Below, one piece after another: positions 55,791 through 64,000 of a DNA stretch of 64,000 nt (positions are counted from its first letter, which is position 1; each line of letters begins with the position of its first letter). This DNA is from a virus, in the IMG/VR virus record IMGVR_UViG_3300030085_004825, positions 58,392 to 122,391 of that record; one strand, written 5' to 3'. The notes under the pieces were generated by a model. It searched no databases. It saw only the letters and a program-made list of their open reading frames with translations, and was not told the DNA's origin. The position numbers and the translations under genes are program-made.

Positions 55791-56525
55791 ATGGTTAATA
55801 AATTAGTTTTACAAAGTGTTATAAACAAATACTACCTTGGTGAGGTAGAATCTGTTAAATGGAAAATACAAGATAAAGTTTTAACAATAGACTTTATGTC
55901 TATAAATAAAGAAGTAATAGGAAATATTACTCACACTGATATTGATATTGAAGATAGCAGTTTAGCTATTTTTGATACTAAAAAACTACTTAACCTAGTA
56001 AATATTACCTCAGGTGATCTATTAATTAATTTAGAAAAAACTAAAGCAGTTTATACTAAATTATACCTTGCAGATAGTGATTTTAATTTAACTTATGCTT
56101 TATCTGATCCATTACTAATTGGGAAAGTAGGCACAGTAGATGAACCTAAATGGGATATGGTTTTACCTTTAGAAAAAGAACAAGTAGATAATTTAATTAA
56201 AGCAAAATCTGCTTTAGCAGGTGTAGGTAATATGACTTTATCCCCTGATAAAGATTTAGATGGGGGTGATTTATGTGTTGTTACTTTTGGGGATGAACAA
56301 GGACATAATAATAAAATTATTTATAATTTAATAGGTGAGATAAGACAAGCAGATGTAAGTATCCCTTTTAATTCAGATATGTTTAAAACTATTTTAAATG
56401 CAAATAAAGATCTAGAAGAAGGTACACTTTATCTTAGTTACCAAGGTTTAATGAAATTAGAATTTAGATCTGAAAATACTATAAGTACTTATTATGTAAT
56501 TCGTAAAGAAGAAAGTGCTTTTTAA
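55791..56525 (+). CDS. DNA sliding clamp (gp45/PCNA-like)
   Basis: About 245 aa, acidic, two-domain pattern, C-terminal GLMKLEF...TYYV; follows PolB. Confidence 0.65.
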   Translation: MVNKLVLQSVINKYYLGEVESVKWKIQDKVLTIDFMSINKEVIGNITHTDIDIEDSSLAIFDTKKLLNLVNITSGDLLINLEKTKAVYTKLYLADSDFNLTYALSDPLLIGKVGTVDEPKWDMVLPLEKEQVDNLIKAKSALAGVGNMTLSPDKDLDGGDLCVVTFGDEQGHNNKIIYNLIGEIRQADVSIPFNSDMFKTILNANKDLEEGTLYLSYQGLMKLEFRSENTISTYYVIRKEESAF

Positions 56526-56570
56526 TATTTATATAAAAATTTGGAAATCCAAATAAGTTTTAATATATTA
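56526..56570 (+). promoter_or_regulatory. tandem late (TATTTATA 56526-56533) and early/middle (TTGG 56541-N19-TATATT) promoter motifs
   Basis: Both motifs lie upstream of the groES/groEL operon. Confidence 0.5.
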
Positions 56571-56596
56571 TAGTTATAAACAATTTAAATGTAGTT

Positions 56597-56949
56597 ATGC
56601 CAAAAATTCAAAGCCGAGGACGCCCCTCTAAAGACAATGATTCTCCAAAATCAAATTATTGTATTATTAAAGACCCATTAATAGAACCTTTTTACATTTC
56701 TAAAGATGCTACAAATTTTACAGTTTTAGAAAAAACAATTTCAACAAGAGGTTTTGCTGGTAAAAAAGCAACGGGTAAAGAAATAGAAAAAACTGTAGGG
56801 TATTATTCAAGCTTTAAAAATGCTTTAAATAGAATAGCAAAGGAAAAATTTTACAAAAATAAAAGTGAATATGACTCAATTCAAGATTATATTGGATCTT
56901 GGAATAAAGTAAAAGATGGATTAGAAACATTATTAAATAAAATAGAATT

Positions 56950-56953
<4 letters not shown>
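56597..56953 (+). CDS. hypothetical protein
   Basis: N-terminal RGRP; GYYSSF..AL motif. Confidence 0.5.
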
Positions 56954-58878
<1,925 letters not shown>

Positions 58879-58879
<1 letters not shown>

Positions 58880-59142
58880 TGGAGATAGAAAAAATTGAGT
58901 ATAATGAACTTATCGCTACACGAGTACCCCCTGGAGATCAGTGGGTGCTCGTAAACGATAAGAAAAAAATTGTTCATAAAACAATAACTGATGCTTTAGA
59001 GGCATGGTTTGATAAAAATCAAGAACAAGTTGAGTTTCGTTTAGCGCCTCTAGATAGTAAACTTTATGTTATAAGAAGTGAAGAAAAAGAAATCACCCCT
59101 GAACCAACTAAAAGGTATAATATTTATGGAGACCCTACTTAA
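58879..59142 (+). CDS. hypothetical protein
   Basis: TAATG-coupled to groEL. Confidence 0.5.
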
Positions 59143-59158
59143 CGGGTCTCTTTTTTTT
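59129..59158 (+). terminator. intrinsic terminator
   Basis: GAGACCC / GGGTCTC stem followed by T8. Confidence 0.75.
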
Positions 59159-59160
59159 AA

Positions 59161-59168
59161 TATTTATA
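59161..59168 (+). promoter_or_regulatory. putative late promoter TATTTATA
   Basis: Directly after the terminator, upstream of 59182. Confidence 0.6.
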
Positions 59169-59181
59169 ACAAAATAATAAA

Positions 59182-59445
59182 ATGGACAATTTTAACTTAA
59201 AAAAGTATTTAGCTGAAAATAAGCTAGAAACCACAAAAGAAAACAGTGGACCTCATGTTGATCTAGGTTTCGACCCAGAACAAAAAGACCCAGCAGAACA
59301 TATCAGAGTCTTAGCAAAAGAATTAGAAACTGCTTTAAAAACAAAAGATTGGGGTATGGTATCAGGAGTTTTAGATGACTTAGAATATTTAACATATCCA
59401 GATAAATTTCCTTCTACTTGGCTTAAAAAACATAAACAAAAATAA
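59182..59445 (+). CDS. putative internal head protein (MDNFxLKKYLxE leader)
   Basis: Leader shared with 63364; late promoter. Confidence 0.5.
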   Translation: MDNFNLKKYLAENKLETTKENSGPHVDLGFDPEQKDPAEHIRVLAKELETALKTKDWGMVSGVLDDLEYLTYPDKFPSTWLKKHKQK

Positions 59446-59450
59446 AATAA

Positions 59451-60404
59451 ATGAGGTTTATAGACATTTTAAGAGAAGAAGAAGAAGAAGGTGTAGGATC
59501 TGCAAGAGCCAAATATGATATAGCAATTCAAACAAGTGATACTGATAGTGTAGTTAAAGCTTTAAGTAATATAAATAATTATGGTGTTTATGCTCAAAGT
59601 TTAAGAGACCCTAAAGCTATAGAAAAAGTATTTGGTCCTAGAAATCCTAATCAAAGGTATAAAGCCGCTTCACAAAACTGGGGGGAAATAATTCTTCCTA
59701 GAAAAAAACTTAAAATTGAAGATGCTATAGAACGCAACCCAGAATGGGAAAACATTAAAAAAGAATTAGAAGTAGATTCAAATGAAGAAGCTGTTAATAA
59801 ATTATCATCTATAGAAGATTTTCAAGAATTAGTAGCTACGGGTATATTTAGTGTAAAAAAAGCAGGTAAAACAAATCAAATTGATTATTATTATCCTCTT
59901 AAAACACCTGATAATATTAAAAAATATGGAGGGGTATTAGAAAAAGATAATCATTTTTATGTAAAAGATGATAAAATAATTTTTCCATTTGATAAAAGTC
60001 CCTATTCATCTAAACCCTATTTACAAAAAGTTTTAAATACTATAATGGATAAAGCTGATGTTAAATATAAATTAGTTGATGTTGAAAGATTAGATACTGA
60101 TGAGGAAGGTGAAGTACTTGAAAAACCTAAAAAAGAAAAAGTTCCACCATTAACAGTAACAGCTGATTCTTTAGATAAAGTTGAAAAAATACGTAACCAA
60201 TTTAAAAAAGAAATTGGAGATGTTGCCACAGCAAAATATGAAACAGAACCTGTTGATGTAGACGGTGAAAGAAAATATAAACTCATTATAACAGGCATCT
60301 CAGCTGACCAACGAAAAAAACTATTTATTAAAAAAGCAATGTTAAAAGAAGAAATGGAATTTGATCTTGATTTACATTTAATGCAAAAAAGAGCAGGATT
60401 ATAA
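59451..60404 (+). CDS. charged hypothetical protein, putative internal head protein
   Basis: N-terminal ILRE; C-terminal MLKEE...MQKRAGL. Confidence 0.45.
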   Translation: MRFIDILREEEEEGVGSARAKYDIAIQTSDTDSVVKALSNINNYGVYAQSLRDPKAIEKVFGPRNPNQRYKAASQNWGEIILPRKKLKIEDAIERNPEWENIKKELEVDSNEEAVNKLSSIEDFQELVATGIFSVKKAGKTNQIDYYYPLKTPDNIKKYGGVLEKDNHFYVKDDKIIFPFDKSPYSSKPYLQKVLNTIMDKADVKYKLVDVERLDTDEEGEVLEKPKKEKVPPLTVTADSLDKVEKIRNQFKKEIGDVATAKYETEPVDVDGERKYKLIITGISADQRKKLFIKKAMLKEEMEFDLDLHLMQKRAGL

Positions 60405-60412
60405 GATAAAGT

Positions 60413-60441
60413 TTGTTTTTTAATAAAAGTTTTCGTATAAT
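60413..60441 (+). promoter_or_regulatory. putative early/middle promoter TTGT-N19-TATAAT
   Basis: Conserved spacing; upstream of the clamp loader gene. Confidence 0.55.
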
Positions 60442-60458
60442 TAGTTATAAAATAAGTT

Positions 60459-61382
60459 ATGAAAGACAACACTTTGTTAGTTGAAAAATACCGTCCTACT
60501 GATTTAAAATATTATATAGGAAATGAACAAGTTAAAGAAACAATCCAAAAATATCTAGATCAAAACGATATCCAAAACTTTATATTCTATGGACCTGCTG
60601 GAACAGGTAAAACAACACTAGCTAAACTTATAGTTAAAAATCTAAACTGCGATCATCTTTACATCAATGCAAGTGATGAAAATGGAATTGACACAATCAG
60701 AGAAAAAGTCAAAGGTTTTGCTTCTGCTGCCTCTTGGAATGGTATAAAAGTAGTTATTTTAGATGAAGCAGATTTTATCACTATAAATGGACAAGCAGCA
60801 CTTAGAAATGTAATTGAAACATTTTCTCGTTCAACTCGCTTTATATTAACGTGTAATTTTATTGAGAGAATAATTGATCCAATACAATCACGTTGTCAAG
60901 TACTTAAAATTGTTCCCCCATCAAAATCTACTATTGCAAAACGTTTAACAAGTATAATGGGGTTAGAAAATATTTCACATGATATTAAAGAGGTAGCTAC
61001 TATAGTAAATAAAAACTATCCTGATGTTAGAAAAATGCTTAATACAATTCAGTTATCTACTGTTGATGGTGGACAAAATGATTTATACCTTAAAATAGAT
61101 GAATCTGTTTTAGCTTCAAATAATTATACTAAAGAAGTATTAAGAGAACTTACTCAAACAAAAAATTGGATTAAAATAAGACAAATTATAGCAGATAGTG
61201 GTATAAAAGACTTTGAAGAGTTATATAGAGCATTATTTGAACATGTTTCAATTTATGCTAAAGATAAGGAAGGATTAATAACAATAATTTTAAATGACCA
61301 TCTCCACCAATCAAACTTCCGGATTGATAAAGAGATTAATATAATGTCGGCAATAGCCAAAATAATAGAAACAATTAAATAA
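60459..61382 (+). CDS. clamp loader AAA+ subunit (gp44/RFC-like)
   Basis: EKYRP, GPAGTGKTT, NASDE, LDEAD and SRC motifs. Confidence 0.92.
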   Translation: MKDNTLLVEKYRPTDLKYYIGNEQVKETIQKYLDQNDIQNFIFYGPAGTGKTTLAKLIVKNLNCDHLYINASDENGIDTIREKVKGFASAASWNGIKVVILDEADFITINGQAALRNVIETFSRSTRFILTCNFIERIIDPIQSRCQVLKIVPPSKSTIAKRLTSIMGLENISHDIKEVATIVNKNYPDVRKMLNTIQLSTVDGGQNDLYLKIDESVLASNNYTKEVLRELTQTKNWIKIRQIIADSGIKDFEELYRALFEHVSIYAKDKEGLITIILNDHLHQSNFRIDKEINIMSAIAKIIETIK

Positions 61383-61390
61383 ATATAAAA

Positions 61391-61648
61391 ATGCAAAATC
61401 AAGCACCCCCACAACAACCAAATATTGATCTAACAAACACTACAGCAGTAGAAGGATTTAATGGAGGTAAATTATTTGGACAAGCAGTAGTAATTCGTAA
61501 AGTATCTAAATTTGTAACAGGAACAGATGAAGATATGCTTATGCCTATTCCTGTATTTTATGATTTAGAATCAAAGAAAGTTTTACCTGATTCTCTCCCT
61601 AAAGAAATTAGAGAAGAGTATAAAGATATCATCATTGAGCAATCTTAA
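61391..61648 (+). CDS. hypothetical protein
   Basis: RKVSKF...PIPVF; lies between the clamp loader genes. Confidence 0.5.
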   Translation: MQNQAPPQQPNIDLTNTTAVEGFNGGKLFGQAVVIRKVSKFVTGTDEDMLMPIPVFYDLESKKVLPDSLPKEIREEYKDIIIEQS

Positions 61649-62093
61649 ATATCCTAGACCAGGCAGAAAGCAGATAAAAAATATATGGGGGTGGTTAAAC
61701 GAAATTACCCTTTATAAAACTCCTGCTGACTGTTTTACTGATGAATCATGGGATTGTTTTAATTCTTATATGATTCATCGGTTTGTGTCTATGAATATAA
61801 ATTACGTTGAGTTGACTAATTATGCTCAAACTATACCTTATGATAATAAGATTCAAACCTATAATATTTATAGAGAAATGATCCCGAAAAAGAAAGTATT
61901 TTTAAAATACATAAAAAGTAAAAAGAAATCTCCTCAACCAAAACTTGTAGAATATTTAAGTGAATATTTTCAATGTGGTAAATTTACAGCTGCTAGATAC
62001 TTAGAGGTAATGAAGAAAAAAGAAAAACTAACAATACTTCAAAATATGGGTATTAATGAAAAAGAATCTAAAAAGTTATTAAAAAGTGGGTAA
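61635..62093 (+). CDS. clamp loader small subunit (gp62-like)
   Basis: FNSYMIHRFVSM...PKKK.FLKYIK....LSEYF pattern; synteny. Confidence 0.55.
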   Translation: MSNLKYPRPGRKQIKNIWGWLNEITLYKTPADCFTDESWDCFNSYMIHRFVSMNINYVELTNYAQTIPYDNKIQTYNIYREMIPKKKVFLKYIKSKKKSPQPKLVEYLSEYFQCGKFTAARYLEVMKKKEKLTILQNMGINEKESKKLLKSG

Positions 62094-62295
62094 AAAATTA
62101 AAAGTAGGAGATAAAGTACATTGTACCTTTTTAGGTGAAGGCCATAAAGGTGAAATAGTAGAAATTCAATCTCCTAAAACTTATAAAGTAAAATTAGTAA
62201 ATTTTAATAATACTATTCTTCCAAGTGTAGGTTGGTATGAAAAACCTAAAAAGAAAAAAGATACTCTACCTTGGTATATACATGAAAAAATTTAA
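62086..62295 (+). CDS. small SH3/KOW-like hypothetical protein
   Basis: LKVGDKV...GEIVEI...YKV; GTG start. Confidence 0.4.
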   Translation: MGKKLKVGDKVHCTFLGEGHKGEIVEIQSPKTYKVKLVNFNNTILPSVGWYEKPKKKKDTLPWYIHEKI

Positions 62296-62308
62296 ATAAT
62301 AAAAAAAG

Positions 62309-62539
62309 ATGAATCCACCAATAACTAAAATAAATAAAGAGTTATACAAAAAAGGGTGGTGGCTACAAGTAAGCCCACTAGCAAGAATTAACCCAGAAGA
62401 ATGGATAGTAGGTGTTTTAAGAAAAGGCAAAGCATCTTGGATAACAGAGGTATGTAAGAGTGGACATCTTGACCCATACTCAGCTATTGAATGGGGTAAG
62501 CAATGGATAGAAGAATATGAAGAAAAAAAGAAAAATTGA
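62309..62539 (+). CDS. hypothetical protein
   Basis: Trp-rich short ORF in the operon. Confidence 0.45.
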   Translation: MNPPITKINKELYKKGWWLQVSPLARINPEEWIVGVLRKGKASWITEVCKSGHLDPYSAIEWGKQWIEEYEEKKKN

Positions 62540-62729
62540 ACAAACAGACTCAATAGTTGATTCAATTATTGATCAATTTGTTGAAAGAGCCAAATTTGGA
62601 AAAGAAAAATACAATACAGATCTAGATAGAATTGATTTAAGTTTATTAGATTGGATAGAGCATGCTAAACAAGAACATATGGATGCTATACTTTATCTTG
62701 AAAAAATTGAAAGAACAATAAAGGGCTAA
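62517..62729 (+). CDS. small all-alpha hypothetical protein (possibly NTP-PPase-like)
   Basis: G.EKY..DLDR...WIEHAKQEHMDAILY motif. Confidence 0.45.
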   Translation: MKKKRKIEQTDSIVDSIIDQFVERAKFGKEKYNTDLDRIDLSLLDWIEHAKQEHMDAILYLEKIERTIKG

Positions 62730-62737
62730 TATTTATA
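62730..62737 (+). promoter_or_regulatory. putative late promoter TATTTATA
   Basis: Upstream of 62753. Confidence 0.6.
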
Positions 62738-62752
62738 ATAAAATACTATAAA

Positions 62753-63124
62753 ATGTCAAACGAATTAAAACGAATGCAAGAATTAGCAGGAGTGCCTGTT
62801 AATGAAAAAAAAGAAAATATAAACGAAGTTTATGTAGCTGGTGGTATTGTAGGTGTAGGAGCAATTACACAAATCCCACCTCGTGAAAAATCAGATTATG
62901 AAATGGCTTTTGAACATTTTATAGGTGAAGGATATGGTGTAGATATTGAAGAAGAAAAAAAAGAAGAACCAGTAGAAGAAGGATTAAAATTAGATCCTAA
63001 CATGACTGTTGAAGAGTTTATGGAAAAACTACTTGGACCTGATTATAAAAGAAAACCTCAAGAAAAACGAGATATGGTTTCTAAAGTATATGATGAATTA
63101 AAACGAGCTAATTCTATCAAATGA
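62753..63124 (+). CDS. putative internal head protein
   Basis: N-terminal RMQELAG and VNE/INE sites; acidic. Confidence 0.45.
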   Translation: MSNELKRMQELAGVPVNEKKENINEVYVAGGIVGVGAITQIPPREKSDYEMAFEHFIGEGYGVDIEEEKKEEPVEEGLKLDPNMTVEEFMEKLLGPDYKRKPQEKRDMVSKVYDELKRANSIK

Positions 63125-63357
63125 GAAACTCAAAATCTACCGTTGAATTATCAATCCCTTTACTTCTTAAAGTACTAGAATTTGCTAAAGATGGTGCTAC
63201 ATCTGATGAAGAACTTCGTAAAGTAGCAAATAATATGATTGAATTAAGCAAATATGCTGGGGAATTAGGAATGATAGACTATGAAGCTATAATGGGTGGA
63301 GAAGAGCAATTAGCTGAAAGAAAATTAATGATGGTGAGAGCCGGAATTTTAAAATAA
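63121..63357 (+). CDS. hypothetical late protein
   Basis: C-terminal LAE...MMVRAGILK. Confidence 0.45.
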   Translation: MRNSKSTVELSIPLLLKVLEFAKDGATSDEELRKVANNMIELSKYAGELGMIDYEAIMGGEEQLAERKLMMVRAGILK

Positions 63358-63363
63358 AATAAA

Positions 63364-63741
63364 ATGGATAACTTTGATTTAAAAAAATACTTAACAGAAA
63401 GTAGACTATTAAAAGAAGAAGCAATATTTGCAGATTTTAGATCTGGAGTTGAAGGGGGATCCTTATTAGAAAAATTTGCTAGAACTCTGAGTGAAGAATT
63501 GCACACTTTTGGAGCTCAATCTAATATGACTATAGATGATCTATACAGAACAGGAGAAATGGAAATATTTAAAGATGGAGATCCTGAAGGGTTTTATGCA
63601 TCAAAAGTAGAATCTTTAGAAGCTTACCAAAGTCTTCCTCCTGTATTTACTGTTAATAATAATATTGAAGGAAACGAAACATTTACTATTACTAAAAATA
63701 AAGATGGAAGTTTCTCAGCTACTAAAGTAGAAAAAGAATAA
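63364..63741 (+). CDS. putative internal head protein (MDNFxLKKYLxE leader)
   Basis: Leader MDNFDLKKYLTESRLLKE. Confidence 0.5.
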   Translation: MDNFDLKKYLTESRLLKEEAIFADFRSGVEGGSLLEKFARTLSEELHTFGAQSNMTIDDLYRTGEMEIFKDGDPEGFYASKVESLEAYQSLPPVFTVNNNIEGNETFTITKNKDGSFSATKVEKE

Positions 63742-63767
63742 AATAAACTCTTATATAAAATTATATT

Positions 63768-63793
63768 AAGCTTGGCCTAGCCAGGCTTTTTTT
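63768..63793 (+). terminator. intrinsic terminator overlapping a TTGG(63772)-N19-TATCTT promoter motif
   Basis: AAGCTTGGC-cta-GCCAGGCTT followed by a T-run. Confidence 0.65.
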
Positions 63794-63806
63794 GTATCTT
63801 GGTAAT

Positions 63807-64000
63807 ATGCCAAAGAAAAAACCCTCTATTCTTAAAGAGATTAGAGAAAAACAATTGCCTGAGATAAATTTTGCTTATCAAAAGGCAATTTCTTATTCTC
63901 AACTATCTATGTTTAATGAATGCCCTAAAAAATGGTCATTACAATATAGAGAAGGTCATAAACAATTCACCTCAAACATCCATACTGTATTTGGAACTGC
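63807..64000 (+). CDS. PD-(D/E)XK RecB/Cas4-like nuclease, N-terminal fragment (partial)
   Basis: Hand translation gives ISYSQLSMFNECPKKW.L.Y...TVFGT, a typical N-terminus of this family. Confidence 0.6.
   Translation, partial: MPKKKPSILKEIREKQLPEINFAYQKAISYSQLSMFNECPKKWSLQYREGHKQFTSNIHTVFGT

Overview
This 64-kb window is part of a large, AT-rich, T4-like (contractile-tail) phage genome. Every credible gene is on the + strand and reads in the standard code. The host is most likely Bacteroidota: the phage carries T9SS sorting domains, Gln-ending signal peptides, TTTG/TAnnTTT-like promoters and no Shine-Dalgarno sites. Gene order: (1) neck, tail and baseplate module with two sheath paralogues, tube, a candidate frameshifted tail chaperone, tape measure and hub; (2) replication genes (divergent PolA-like protein, SSB, RecA-like protein, 5'-3' exonuclease, helicase, NrdB/NrdA); (3) a late envelope operon with a holin-like protein, a type-A T9SS cargo adhesin, a beta-barrel, a thioredoxin-like protein lacking CxxC and an endolysin; (4) a 7-deazaguanine DNA-modification set (DpdA-like, QueC/D/E, FolE2) interrupted by a late island of fibre-like, Cys-rich and protease genes; (5) MazG-like protein, split PolB, clamp, GroES/GroEL, clamp loader and small putative internal-head proteins. 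The most notable candidate system is a phage-encoded set of host-T9SS cargo proteins, one with a type-A and one with a type-B sorting signal, plus envelope partners. Two promoter classes can be read by eye. All functional calls come from motif recognition; no database search was run.
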